64,000 nucleotides of DNA from Heterodontus francisci (GCF_036365525.1 NC_090378.1:117041593-117105592), one strand, 5' to 3'. Counted from the first letter of the stretch, positions 13,775 to 27,300 are shown. Made by a program: numbers and translations. Notes: a model not told the origin generated them from the letters alone.

Positions 13775-14785
13775 ACATTGGAAGCATTGTGAATTGTGAG
13801 GAGGATAGTGTCGAACTTCCAAAGGACATAGACAGGTTGGTGGAATGGGCAGACAAGTGGCAGATGGAATTTAATGTAGAAATGTGTGAAGTGATTTATT
13901 TTGGTAGAAAGAATGTGGAGAAACAATATAAAATAAAGGGTAAGATTCTAAAGTGGGTGCAGTAACAGAGGGACCTGGGTGTATATGTGTGTAAATGATT
14001 GCAGTGGCAGGACAGGTTGTGAGGGTGGTTAATAAAGCATACATCATCCTAAGTTTTATCAGTAAGGGCACAGAGTACAAAAGCAAGGAAGTTATGTTAA
14101 ACTTGTATAAAACACCGGTTCATCGTCAACTGGAGCATTGCATCCAGTTCTGAGCACCACACGAAAGGAAGGATGTGAAGGCATTAGAGAGGGTGCAGAA
14201 AAGATTCACAAGAATAGTTCCAGGAACGAGGAACTTCAGTTATGTAGATAGATTGGAGAAGCTGGGGCTGAGAGGGGATTTGATCGAGGTATTCAAAATC
14301 ATGAGGGGTCTGGACAGAGCAGATAGAGAGAAACTGCTCCCACTGAAGGAAGGATCGAGAACCAGAGGGCACAGATTTAAGATAATCGGCAAAAGAAGCA
14401 ATGGAGACATGAAGAAAACCTTTTCACACAGCGAGTGGTTAGAATCTGAAATGCACTGTCTGAGAGTGTGGTGGAAGCAGATACAAGCATCCGAACATAG
14501 GAATTAGGAGCAGGAGGAGGCCACTCGGCCCCTCGAGCCTGCTGCACTATTCAATAAGATCATGGCTGATCTGATTGTAACCACGACTCCACATTCCCAC
14601 CTCCCTCTGAGAACCTTTCTCCCTCTTCCTTATCAAGAATCTATCTCCCTCTGTCTTAAAAATATTTAAGGACTCTGCTTCCACTGCCTTTTTATTATTG
14701 TCTGAAAAGGAAGAATGTGCAGGGCTACGGGGAGAAGGCGGGAGTGTGGCACACTCTGAATTGCTCATTCTGAGAACCAGCACAA
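13775..14785 (+). mobile_element. CR1 RT 3' fragment with a nested antisense CR1 3' piece (~14490-14700)
   Basis: ORFs 13747-13965 (WADKWQMEFN) and 14175-14507 (RGDLIEVFKI, TRGH). Confidence 0.8.
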
Positions 14786-14787
14786 AG

Positions 14788-17700
14788 AAACATAGAAAAT
14801 AGGAGCAGGAATAGGCCATTCGGCCCTTCAGGCCTGCTCCGCCATTCAAAAAAGATCATGGCTGATAGTTTAATTCAGTTTCCTGTTCCTGCTTTCTCTC
14901 CATATCCCTTGATCCCTTTGGCATTCAGAAATATATTTTTCTCCTTCTTGAATATATTTTAATGACTTGGCCTCCATTGCCTTCTGCGGTAGAGAATTCC
15001 ACAGGTTCACCACCCTCTGAGTGAAGAAATTTCTCCTCATCTCGGTTCTAAATGGCATACCCCATATCCTGAGACAGTTACCCCTGGTTCTGGACTCCCC
15101 AGCCATCAGGAACATCCTCCCTGCATCTAGCCCGTCTAGTCCTGTTAGAATTTTATAGGTTTCTATGAGATCCCCTCTCATTCTTCTAAACTCTAGTGAA
15201 TATAGGCCTAGTCGATCCATTCTCTCCTCATACGTCAATCCTGCCATTCCAGGAATCAGCCTAGTAAATCTTCTTTGCACTCCCTCCATGGCAAGAACAT
15301 CTTCCTCAGATGAGGAGACTAAAACTGCACAATATACTCCAGACGTGGTCTCACCAAGGCCCTGTATAAAGAACAAAGAACAAAGAAAATTACAGCACAG
15401 GAACAGGCCCTTCGGCCCTCCAAGCCTATGCCGATCCAAATCCTCTATCTAAAACTGTCGCCTATTTTCTAAGGGTCTGTATCTCTTTACTTCCTGCCCA
15501 TTCATGTATCTGTCTAGATACATCTTAAAAGACGCTATCGTGCCCGCGTCTACCACCTCCGCTGGTAATGCATTCCATGCACCCACCACCCTCTGCGTAA
15601 AGAACTTTCCACGCATATCCCCCCTAAACTTTTCCCCTTTCACTTTGAACTCGTGTCCCCTTGTAATTGAATCCCCCACTCTGGGAAAAAGCTTCTTGCT
15701 ATCCACCCTGTCTATACCTCTCATGATTTTGTACACCTCAATCAGGTCCCCCCTCAACCTCCGTCTTTCTAATGAAAATAATCCTAATCTACTCAACCTC
15801 TCTTCATAGCTAGCGCCCTCCATACCAGGCAACATCCTGGTGAATCTCCTCTGCACCCTCTCCAAAGCATCCACATCCTTTTGGTAATGTGGCGACCAGA
15901 ACTGCACGCAGTATTCCAAATGTGGCCGAACCAAAGTCCTATACAACTGTAACATGACCTGCCAACTCTTGTACTCAATACCCCGTCCGATGAAGGAAAG
16001 CATGCCGTATGCCTTCTTGACCACTCTATTGACCTGCGTTGCCACCTTCAGGGAACAATGGACCTGAACACCCAAATCTCTCTGTACATCAATTTTCCCC
16101 AGGACTTTTCCATTTACTGTATAGTTCACTCTTGAATTGGATCTTCCAAAATGCATCACCTCGCATTTGCCCTGATTGAACTCCATCTGCCATTTCTCTG
16201 CCCAACTCTCCAGTCTATCTATATTCTGCTGTATTCTCTGACAGTCCCCTTCACTATCTGCTACTCCACCAATCTTAGTGTCGTCTGCAAACTTGCTAAT
16301 CAGACCACCTATACTTTCCTCCAAATCATTTATGTATATCACAAACAACAGTGGTCCCAGCACGGATCCCTGTGGAACACCACTGGTCACACGTCTCCAT
16401 TTTGAGAAACTCCCTTCTACTGCTACTCTCTGTCTCCTGTTGCCCAGCCAGTTCTTTATCCATCTAGCTAGCACACCTTGGACCCCATGCGCCTTCACTT
16501 TCTCCATCAGCCTACCATGGGGAACCTTATCAAACGCCTTACTGAAGTCCATGTATATGACATCTACAGCCCTTCCCTCATCAATCAACTTTGTCACTTC
16601 CTCAAAGAATTCTATTAAGTTGGTAAGACATGACCTTCCCTGCACAAAACCATGTTGCCTATCACTGATAAGCCCATTTTCTTCCAAATGGGAATAGATC
16701 CTATCCCTCAGTATCTTCTCCAGTAGCTTCCCTACCACTGACATCAGGCTCACCGGTCTATAATTACCTGGATTTTCCCTGCTACCCTTCTTAAGCAAGG
16801 GGACAACATTAGCAATTCTCCAGTCCTCCGGGACCTCACCCGTGTTTAAGGATGTTGCAAAGATATCTGTTAAGGCCCCAACTATTTCCTCTCTCGCTTC
16901 CCACAGTTACCTGGGATAGATCCCATCCGGACCTGGGGACTTGTCCACCTTAATGCCTTTTTGAATACCCAACACTTCCTCCCTCCTTATGCCGACTTGA
17001 CCTAGAGTAATCAAACATCTGTCCCTAACCTCAACATCCGTCATGTCCCTCTCCTCGGTGAATACCGATGCAAAGTACTCGTTTAGAATCTCACCCATTT
17101 TCTCTGACTCCACGCATAACTTTCCTCCTTTGTCCTTGAGTGGGCCAATCCTTTCTCTAGTTACCCTCTTGCTCCTTATATATGAATAAAAGGCTTTGGG
17201 ATTTTCCTTAACCCTGTTTGCTAAAGATATTTCATGACCCCTTTTAGCCCTATTAATTCCTCGTTTCAGATTGCGCCTACAATCCCGATATTCTTTCAAA
17301 GTTTCGTCTTTCTTCAGCCGCCTAGACCTTATGTGTGCTTCCTTTTTCCTCTTAGCTAGTCTCACAATTTCACCTGTCATCCATGGTTCCCTAATCTTGC
17401 CATTTCTGCCCCTCATTTTCACAGGAACATGTCTCTCCTGTACGCTAATCAACCTCTCTTTAAAAGCCTCCCACATATCAAAAGTGGATTTACCTTCAAA
17501 CAGCTGCTCCCAATCTACATTCCCCAGCTCCTGCCGAATTTTGGTATAGTTGGCCTTCCCCCAATTTAGCACCCTTCCTTTAGGACCACTCTCGTCTGCA
17601 GTAAGACATCCTTACTCCGGTACTCAAATCCTCTTGCAATGAAGGCCAACATCCCATTTGCCTTCCTAACTGCTTGCAGCACCTGAATGCTTGCTTTCAG

Positions 17701-18390
17701 TGACTGGTGTACAAGGACACCCAGGTCTCGTTGCACCTTCCCCTTACCCAATCTATCACCATACAGATAATCTGCCTTTCTATTATTACAACCAAAGTGG
17801 ATTACTTCACATTTATCCACATTATACTGCATCTGCCATGCATTTGCCCATTCACCCAACTTGTGCAAATCACATTGAAGCCTCTTTGCATCCTTCTCAC
17901 AGATCACTCGCACCCCACCACCACCTCCCCCCCCCCCCCCCTCCTCCAGCTTTGTGTCGTCTGCAAACTTGGAAATGTTACATTTGGTTCCCTCACCCAA
18001 GTCATTAATATATATTGTGAATAGCTGGGGCCCAAGCACTGATCCCTGCCATACCCCACTCGTCACTGCCTGCCACTCGGAAAAGACCCATTTATTCCTA
18101 TTCTCTGTTTCCTGTCTGTAAACCAATTCTCATTCCATGCCAATATATTACCCCCAATCCCATGTGCTTTAATTTTGCCCACGAGCCTCTTACGTGGGAC
18201 CTTATCAAAAGCCTTCTGAAAATCCAAATACACCACATCCACTGGTTATCTATTATCTATTATCCTTATCATCCTTATCTATTCTACTAGTTACAGCCTC
18301 AAAAAACTCTAGTCGATTTGATAAGCATGATCTCCCTTCCGTAAACCCATGCTGACTTTGTCCAATCCCATTTATGCTTTCCAGGTGTTC
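14788..18390 (-). mobile_element. Older CR1 LINE (14788-15367 plus 17596-18390) split by a younger CR1 insertion
   Basis: ORFs 14870-15439 and 17566-18126; flanks rejoin as ...CCTGTATAA|CTGCAGTAAGAC. Confidence 0.85.
15368..17595 (-). mobile_element. Young 5'-truncated CR1 LINE; ~715-codon ORF2 fragment with a single in-frame stop
   Basis: ORFs 16907-17572 and 15449-16798 are in the same frame, separated by one TAA; complete RT motifs; (TTCTTTG)n tail at 15368-15388. Confidence 0.95.
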
Positions 18391-18414
18391 ACAGAAATGA
18401 CGGGCCGATTGGGT

Positions 18415-19320
18415 TTTATTCATGTGCTCTACAATTACTGAGGACTGTGGATTATGATTTATGTGCTATTTCCCTTCAATATCCAGCAGTTTCAAAGTCA
18501 CTGGCATTCCCTTTCCAGTAAAGTGTCTTTCCTGATCTGATCCCATGATCCGTGGTCGTCACCTTCTGGAGAATATCTCCTTCACCAGGATTTTCGAGAT
18601 AGTTCAGACGGTAGCTGCGTTACATGGAACTGCCTCAACCCATTTGGTGAAGTTATCAACCAGAATAAACAGTATTTATTCCCACTGCTGGAAGTTGGAA
18701 GAGATTCTATCAAATCTATATGCACACTGCCAAGGTCCTTCTAATCTTTGGGTGTGCCCCAAAGGTGCCTTTCTCCTCTGTAGGTCTGGATTATTGGCTG
18801 CACAAATCAACAATTATGAAAAAATCCTCCACATCCTCTGTCTGATGAGGCCACCATCCCACCACATTCACTCTTTTCCATGTTCCCTCTGCACTAGGAT
18901 GTCCTGCTCCTGGTCCCTCCATGTACTAATCAGAGAAAATCTTCCCTCTGGGTTGTAGGCACCACCCACTTGTCATTTTTAAATAACATCCCTTCTTTAA
19001 TTCCCATTTCAGCTCTTCCACAGGGTCTCTCAACAGTCTCCTCCTTTTCTAGTTTGTTTAACACCTCCCTGAGTGCTGGATCCAACTTTTTCACTTCTAT
19101 AAGATCACTCACTCTCACTGGCTCAACCACTGCCATCGTTGCTATTTCTCCCACTTCTTCCATGGGATCCCAAGACTCTCCTCCTATAGCGCCTTTCTTT
19201 GCTAGTATGTCTTCTTTCTCGTTTCCTCCCCATCTCACCTCTGTCTTAGCATGAGCCTTCATTTTGTGTATATAATAGTCATATTTCCCCTCATTGTTCC
19301 TGATCACCTGCAGCACCGTC
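18415..19320 (-). mobile_element. Retroviral/LTR-type pol fragment (RNase H C-terminus + integrase), decayed
   Basis: KMKAH...GNEKEDILAKKGA (RNase H); HHCC-like zinc finger; GPWQ.HIDL..LP...GNKYCL.LVDNFTKWVEA..SDQ..HFTG..HNPQSS (DDE core), read with frameshifts. Confidence 0.8.
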
Positions 19321-19679
19321 TTCAGCGTAGTGTAACAAGAATTTTACTTTTTGTACTCAGAACTTAGAATTCTGTGTGTTTTAAAAACTGAGAAAAGGAC
19401 TTTCACTCAGTGGACATTGACCTGCAAATAGCTGAATTTTTTGGATGTTGACTCTGTACAAAAGAACTGGGAAGCAGACAGTTTCAAGGAAACAGCAAGG
19501 GGTTTTGACCTGCTCAGAGCAACACTTTGAATGACTGGAGAGACTGTCTTGTCATGTGATTGGTTCAGGAAGGTTTGCTTTCACTTTTGACACTTTTTAA
19601 AACCAATGAGTTGGACAAAGAGCAAGCATTTTTGGAATTTGGCTGTGACCTGCCTGGAGAGAGAGAAAGACCCGCTGTG

Positions 19680-19910
19680 TAGAAGAATAGGACACCAATT
19701 TAAGGAGGTTGGTAAAGGAACCAATGATGACATGAGGAAAAACTGTTTTACCCAGAGAGTGGTCAGGATCTGGAATGAACTGTCTGAGAGTATGGTGGAG
19801 GCTGATTCAAACGGGGCTTTCAGAAGGGGATTGGATAAACACCTGAAGAGAAACGATTTGCAGGGCTATGGGGAAAAGGCAGGGGAGTGGGATGAGTTGA
19901 GTTGCTTTTA
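19680..19910 (+). mobile_element. CR1 3' fragment
   Basis: FTQRVVRIWN motif in ORF 19606-19962. Confidence 0.7.
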
Positions 19911-21035
19911 TTTCATTCGTTCATGGGATGTGGGTGCCGCTGGCCAGGCCAGCATTTATTGATCATCTCTAATTGCCCTTGAGAAGGTGGTGGTGAGCTG
20001 CCTTCTTGAACCACTGCAGTCCATTTGGGGTAGGTACACCCACAGTGGTGTTAGGAAGGGAGTTACAGGTTTTTGACCCTCCATCAGTGAAGGAACGGCG
20101 ATACAGTTCCAAATCAGGATGGTGTGTGACTTGGAGGGGAACTTGCAGGTGGTGGTATTCCCATGGATTTGCTGCCCTTGTCCTTCCAGTTGGTAGAGGT
20201 CGCGGATTTGGAAGGTGCTGTCTAAGGAGCCTTGGTGCATTGCTGCAGTGCATCTTGTAGATGGTACACACTGCTGTCACTGTGCTTCAGTGATGGAGGG
20301 CATGAATGTTTGTGGATGAGGTGCCAATCAAGAAGCTGCGTTGTCCTGGATGGTGTCGAGCTTCTTGAGTGTTGTTGGAACTGCACCCATTCAGGCAAGT
20401 GGAGGGTATTCCATCACACTCCTGCCTTGTGCCTTATGGGCAGGCTTTGGGGAGTCAGGAGGTGCGTTACTCACTGCAGGATTCCTAGCCTCTGACCTGC
20501 TCTTGTAGCCACGGTATTTATATGGCTACTTCAGTTAAGTTTCTGGTCAATGGTAACTCCCAGGATGTTGATAGTGAGGGATTCAGCGATTGTAATGCCA
20601 TTGAATGTTGGTTGGATTCTTCTTGTTGGAGATGGTCATTGCCTGGCACTTGTGTGGCGCGAATGTTACTTGCCACTGATCAGCCCAAGCCTGGATATTG
20701 TCCAGGTCTTGCTGCATTTCTACATGGACTGCTTCAGTATCTGAGGAGTTATGAATGAAACTGAACATTGTGCAATTATCAATGAACATCCCCACTTCTG
20801 ATCTTATGATTGAAGGAAGCTCTTTGATGAAGCAGCTGAAGATGGATGAACCTGGGACACTACCCTGAGGAACTCCTGCAGCGATGTCCTGGAGATGAGA
20901 TGACTGACCACCAACAACAACAGCCATCTTCTGTTATGCTCGGTATGACTCCAACCAGCGGAGAGATTTCCCCGATTCCCCTTGACTCCAGTTTTACTGG
21001 GGCTCCTTGATGCCGTACCCAGTCAAATGCTGTCT
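19911..21035 (-). mobile_element. LINE family B (CR1/L2/Jockey-group) 3' fragment
   Basis: AGVPQGSV..MFIDNC (20583-20927), IYKMHCSN..HHHLLKGN (19969-20280); same family at 27320, 38447 and 61915. Confidence 0.85.
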
Positions 21036-21958
21036 TTATGCCTTTTGGAAAAAGCTGGCACAGATATGACAGGCCGAATGGCCTCCTTCTGTGTTGCAAC
21101 CATTCAATGAGCCTATGATTCTCACAGCCATTGTGGGATTTGAACTCCCACACTTTGGATTATTAGTCCACTGGATTCCTAGTTGAGTATCATATCCACT
21201 TCATCACCGTACCCATAACAAAGATCAAATTACAGAATGAGAGACAGGTTTAGTTTTAAATGAACAAAACATGAGACTGCAATGCATTCTGTGTATAACT
21301 GGGGACTGAACAAAAAAGTGGTGTATGGGCTGTTCCTGGTTTGAGGAAGAAACTTGTAAATTTTCCAAGTTTCTATCCCAGTTTTCCCTGTCCCCTGTGG
21401 ACTGTAAGCACTGGGAGGTTGTGTTCTGTCAGTGAGAGTGCTGTAGACATGGAACTTGCTTTTTGTCTGCACCTTTCTGTGACTTTTCAGCTCATTGCTA
21501 AGTCTGAGACCTGGAATCTTGTCCTGTTACACTATTGTGGAATTTATACAGAGTTCCAGTGGCCGACAATTGTGCCTTAAAACTGGAAAGTAATTCCATC
21601 GCTGAACCTCCTAACATTGAATCTGACTGATGCTGGTTCTGATGTACAATCAGACTCACCAATTCCAACTCTCAGAAGACACAACAATCAGAGAAAGGTC
21701 TCGGTCACAACTTCCAAACTCACTGTTCTCCAGTAAACAGAGCTCCTTTCCTTAATGGACATTGTGAATGCTCAATGGCCAACAAGGACATGGGAGCAAC
21801 CAACATACCAGGATGTATTGTTACCCAGTGGTGCAGTGTACTTCACATGGGAGAACAGCACAGAGTCAAAGAGCTGGACATTTCACCATGAATCTTCTAG
21901 AGACAGACAACATTGTAATTTGTGTGGAATACTATGTGAAGTTTAACTTTGGGAGAAA

Positions 21959-24519
21959 GTCCAGATGGAGCTGCCCTGGGACAGAACACAATGTCCAGAT
22001 GGAGCTGCCCTGGGGGAGAACACAATGTCAAGATGAAGCTGCCCTGGGGGAGAACACAATGTCCAGATGGAGCTGCCCTGGGACGGAACACAATGTCCAG
22101 ATGGAGCTGCTATGGGACAGAACACAATGTCCAGATGGAGCTGCCCTGGGACAGAACACAATGTCCAGATGGAGCTGCCCTGGGACAGAACACAATGTCA
22201 AGATGAAGCTGCCCTGGGGGAGAACACAATGTCCAGATGGAAATGCCCTGGGGGAGAACACAATGTCCAGATGGAGCTGTCCTGGGACAGAACACAATGT
22301 CCAGATGGAGCTGCCCTGGGACAGAACACAATGTCCAGATGGAGCTGCCCTGGGGGAGAACAAAATGTCCAGATGGAGCTGCCCTGGGACAGAACACAAT
22401 GTCCAGATGGAGCTGCCCTGGGGGAGAACACAATGTCCAGATGGAGCTGCCCTGGGACAGAACACAATGTCCAGATGGAGCTGCACTGGGGGAGAACACA
22501 ATGTCAAGATGAAGCTGCCCTGGGGGAGAACACAATGTCCAGATGGAGCTGCCCTGGGACGGAACACAATGTCCAGATGGAGCTGCTATGGGACAGAACA
22601 CAATGTCCAGATGGAGCTGCCCTCGGACAGAACACAATGTCCAGATGGAGCTGCCCTGGGACAGAACACAATGTCCAGATGGAGCTGCCCTGGGGGAGAA
22701 CACAATGTCCAGATGGAAATGCCCTGGGACAGAACACAATGTCCAGATGGAGCTGCCCTGGGACAGAACACAATGTCCAGATGGAGCTGCCCTGGGACAG
22801 AACACAATGTCCAGATGGGGCTGTCCTGGGGAAGAACACAATGTCCAGATGGAGCTGCCCTGGGACAGAACACAATGTCCAGATGGAGCTGTCCTGGGGA
22901 AGAACACAATGTCCAGATGGAGCTGCTCTGGGACAGAACACAATGTCCAGATGGAGCTGCTCTGGGACAGAACACAATGTCTAGATGGAGCTGCCCTGGG
23001 GAAGAACACAATGTCCAGATGGAGCTGCCCTGGGGGTGAACACAATGTCCAGATGGAGCTGCCCTGGGACAGAACACAATGTCCAGATGGAGCTGCCCTG
23101 GGGAAGAACACAATGTCCAAATGGAGCTGCCCTGGGACGGAACACAATGTCCAAATGGAGCTGCCCTGGGACGGAACACAATGTCCAGATGGAGCTGCCC
23201 TGGGGGTGAACACAATGTCCAAATGGAGCTGCCCTGGGGGTGAACACAATGTCCAGATGGAGCTGCCCTGGGACGGAACACAATGTCCAGATGGAGCTGC
23301 CCTGGGGGTGAACACAATGTCCAAATGGAGCTGCCCTGGGACGGAACACAATGTCCAGATGGAGCTGCCCTGGGGAAGAACACAATGTCCAGATGGAGCT
23401 GCCCTGGGGAAGAACACAATGTCCAGTTGGAGCTGCCCTGGGGGTGAACACAATGTCCAGATGGAGCTGCCCTGGGGGTGAACACAATGTCCAAATGGAG
23501 CTGCCCTGGGACGGAACACAATGTCCAGATGGAGCTGCCCTGGGGGTGAACACAATGTCCAAATGGAGCTGCCCTGGGACGGAACACAATGTCCAGTTGG
23601 AGCTGCCCTGGGGGTGAACACAATGTCCAGATGGAGCTGCCCTGGGACGGAACACAATGTCCAGATGGAGCTGCCCTGGGGGTGAACACAATGTCCAAAT
23701 GGAGCTGCCCTGGGACGGAACACAATGTCCAGATGGAGCTGCCCTGGGGGTGAACACAATGTCCAGATGGAGCTGCCCTGGGGGTGAACACAATGTCCAG
23801 ATGGGGCTGTCCTGGGACGGAACACAATGTCCAGATGGAGCTGCCCTGGGGAAGAACACAATGTCCAGATGGAGCTGTCCTGGGACAGAACACAATGTCC
23901 AGATGGAGCTGTCCTGGGGAAGAACACAATGTCCAGATGGAGCTGTCCTGGGACAGAACACAATGTCCAGATGGAGCTGCCCTGGGGAAGAACACAATGT
24001 CCAGATGGAGCTGCCCTGGGGAAGAACACAATGTCCAGATGGAACTGTCCTGGGACGGAACACAATGTCCAGATGGAGCTGCCCTGGGGAAGAACACAAT
24101 GTCCAGATGGAGCTGCCCTGGGGAAGAACACAATGTCCAGATGGAACTGTCCTGGGACGGAACACAATGTCCAGATGGAGCTGCCCTGGGGAAGAACACA
24201 ATGTCCAGATGGAACTGTCCTGGGACGGAACACAATGTCCAGATGGAGCTGCCCTGGGGGAGAACACAATGTCCAGATGGAGCTGCCCTGGGGAAGAACA
24301 CAATGTCCAGATGGAACTGTCCTGGGACGGAACACAATGTCCAGATGGAGCTGCCCTGGGGAAGAACACAATGTCCAGATGGAACTGTCCTGGGACGGAA
24401 CACAATGTCCAGATGGAGCTGTCCTGGGGGAGAACACAATGTCCAGATGGAGCTGTCCTGGGGGAGAACACAATGTCCAGATGGAGCTGTCCTGGGGGAG
24501 AACACAATGTCCAGATGGA
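21959..24519. repeat. 34-bp minisatellite (AGAACACAATGTCCAGATGGAGCTGCCCTGGGAC / ...GGGGG), ~75 copies
   Basis: Direct periodicity. Confidence 0.97.
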
Positions 24520-27300
24520 CCCGGCCCAGTGGCAGGTGTACAAAGAGAAGAAGGGCGCGCTGAGGGACCTGCAGCTCGTAGAGTCCGAGGCGTGTACATG
24601 AGGTCGTGGATCCAGATACTGGAAGATTTGGACCACGCATGACCCTTCTTCTACTCGCTGGAAAAATGGCAGGGCGTCATTAAGCAGCTTGTTGAGCTGC
24701 TGTCTGATGACGGATCTTCCATCACGAATCCGGAGGGAATGGGCCTCCTGGTCCGCCCCTATTACAGTGTGTTATTCTCTCCGGATCCATCCAACGACGA
24801 TGCAAGCAGAGTTTTGTGGGAGGACCTGCCGCAGGTCAGCCCGGACGGTGCCAAAGGATTGGAGACCCCTCTCACGTTGGTGCCCTGCACCAGCTCGCGA
24901 AGGGCAACTCCCTGGGGCTGGATGGGCTGACCGTGGAGTTCCTCAGGATGTTCTGGGACATCCTGGGGGACGATTATGCATGGGTTCTGGGGGACGATTA
25001 CGTGTGGGTGTTGGTGGAAATGCAGGCGACCGGCGAGATGCCCCTCTCGTGGTGCAGGTCGGTCATCGTCCTGCTGCTGAAGAGGCGCAATCTCCACTTG
25101 CTTAAAGTCCGGTCTCCGTCCTCAGTACCAGCCTGGGCTCTGTGCTGGCCCATATGATCCACCCCGACCAGTTCTACAATATTCCGGGCCGGTCCATCCA
25201 GGACAACATCCTCCTCGTCCGAGACCTGATCCAGCTTTTCCAGAGGATTGCTCTGTTGATCGCCTTTCTCTCCCTTGATCAGGAGAAGGCGTTCGACAGG
25301 GTGGATCAAGAATACCTTTTCAGGACTCTGCACGCATTCAGATTTGGGCCGCATTTTGTGGCCCGGGTACGACTTTTATACGTCGCTGCACAGTGTCTAG
25401 TCAAAGTTAACTGGTCCTTGACGGCGCCCCTTCGCTTTGGGAGAGGAGTGCGCCAGGGATGCCTCATTTCCAGCCAATTGTACACCATCTGTGTGGAGCC
25501 ATTCCTTTGCTTGCTTCACAGGAAGTTGAAGGGCTGGCCATGCGGGTTGTCCTCTTGGCTTACGCCGATGACGTGCTCCTCACGATCATAGGTCCCATTG
25601 ACTTGCGGAGGATGCGTGACTGCCGGCAGACCTTTCCCACGTCCTCCCCAAGGATCAGTTGGGAGAAATATTCCAGATTCCTGGTGGGTCAGTGGCAGGT
25701 CGACTCACTGCCGGAGGAGTTGACACCTTTTGCGTGGAGCACCATGCACCTCCTCTATCTGGGACTCCAACTTAGCCCCGCTGAGGAAGCCTGGCCGGCA
25801 AAGTGGCAGGAATTGGAGGCGAAAGTCACCAGTTGGCTGGGGCGCTGGACAGGACTGCTCCGAGTGCTTTCCGACAGGGGCCGTGCGCTGGTCATAAACC
25901 AACTGGTGGCCTTGATGCTGTGGTATGGTTGGCCATTTTGGCTCCGCCCCCTGCATTTGCCACCAAGATCCAGAAGAAGCTTGTCGATTTCTTCTGGGGC
26001 AAGAGGAAACACTGGGTCTCTGCTGCGGTCCTGAGTCTCCCAATTGAGGAGGGCGGCCAGTCGCTGGCGTGCTTCCGGACCCAGGCTGTGAAGCTCCACC
26101 TTCAAACCCTGTACGCGGAGCTGCCTCCCAGATGGGGTGTGCTGCCAAGGGCACTGCCTTCAAGACAACACGCAGCTCCCAGTGGAGAACGTTAGCTGTG
26201 CCTCTCTGAGGGAGTTGCCTGTCTTTTACCGGGATCTATTCAGAGTCTGGAACATGGTCGCCTCCAGTCAGCGCGTTCCCTCGTTGGCGGAGGGGAACGC
26301 CTCGGCTGTCCTGGTGGCCAGCTCCGGCGACGGACCAATGGGTGAAGGAATAGCTGAAGCCTCTGGGACGCCCCTCATTGCAGGTTGCGAAGGGACACGG
26401 GAGAGCGAAGCGTTCCCAGCAGAACTGAGCCCCATTCGGCGGAACTGCTCATCGGACCCAGGCCCCAAAACCGTCCTCGGGAGCCGGTCGCGCACAAACC
26501 AAGCCGCTTCTTGGAAATGCCCTCTGTGCCATTCCAATCGGCATGGAGGTGTTTCCTGTACAGGCTATTCCTGCACACTCTCTACTTCCTTGCCCTCGTC
26601 AGCGGGCCGGACACGGCCTGGCAGTCCGTGTTGACATCTGGCAGCGAGGGGAAACCACAGTGGGGGTCTCTCTAAGCAGGAGTCTTCCCCATTTACATTA
26701 GGGACCTGGGGTGGAGGGTGCTGCACAGGGCAGTCCCATGCACTAGTCTTTTAAGTAGGTTCACGGACCCCCAGGCCGCCTGTAATTTCTGCAGCCTGGA
26801 CAAGTTTGTGTTCCATGTTTATATGGAATGTGCTAGGTTGCTGCCCCTCTTTGAGTATTTGAAGGGGCTGCTCCTCAAGTTTTGGCTGCACTTCAGTCCC
26901 ACGCTCCTGATCTTTGGCCACCCGGGGCGGAGGGGCGTGGGCCGGGGGAAGGATCTCCTCATCGGTCTGCTCCTGGGCCTGGCCAAGGTGGCAATTCACA
27001 GGTCCAGGCTGCGGACCGTCAGGGGGTCCATCCGCCCTGATTGCCTGCTCCTCTTCCCAGGTTATGTTCTCGCCTGGGTGTCCCTGCAGAAGGAGCATGC
27101 GGTGTCCGCGGGTTCGATCGAGGCCTTCTGCGACCGGTGGTCATCACAGGGGCTGGAGTGCATCATCAATGCTGAGAATGGCATTTTAATCAGATTTTTG
27201 TTCTATTTATCTGTTTTTAATAAAGTTATTTTATAAAATGCATTTTAAAGGGGACCTGAGGAATAAAGGCCCCCTCAGCAAAATAAAAGGGGCCTGGGGT
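24518..27300 (+). mobile_element. 5'-truncated Tx1/L1-clade LINE ORF2 (RT + C-terminal zinc knuckle), decayed
   Basis: FFYSLEK, GLDGLTVEF, IHPDQ..PGRSIQDN, SLDQEKAFDRVD, GVRQGC, AYADDV, CNFC...HVYMEC; AATAAA near 27219. Confidence 0.92.

Noticed and set aside
19331-19680. Possible LTR beginning TGTAACA next to the ERV-like fragment
   Set aside because: No second terminus, TSD, PBS or PPT identifiable
21125-21215. tRNA-like B-box (GAGTTCAAATCCC) on the minus strand
   Set aside because: No cloverleaf; most likely a decayed SINE head rather than a tRNA gene
21959-24519. Bona fide 23-RSS/KDE in the 34-bp repeat
   Set aside because: CACAATG is present but the nonamer at 12 or 23 bp matches at most 4/9; kept only as a weak hypothesis
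21768-24642. Many overlapping ORFs up to 829 aa on both strands
   Set aside because: Product of the 34-bp repeat cycling through frames
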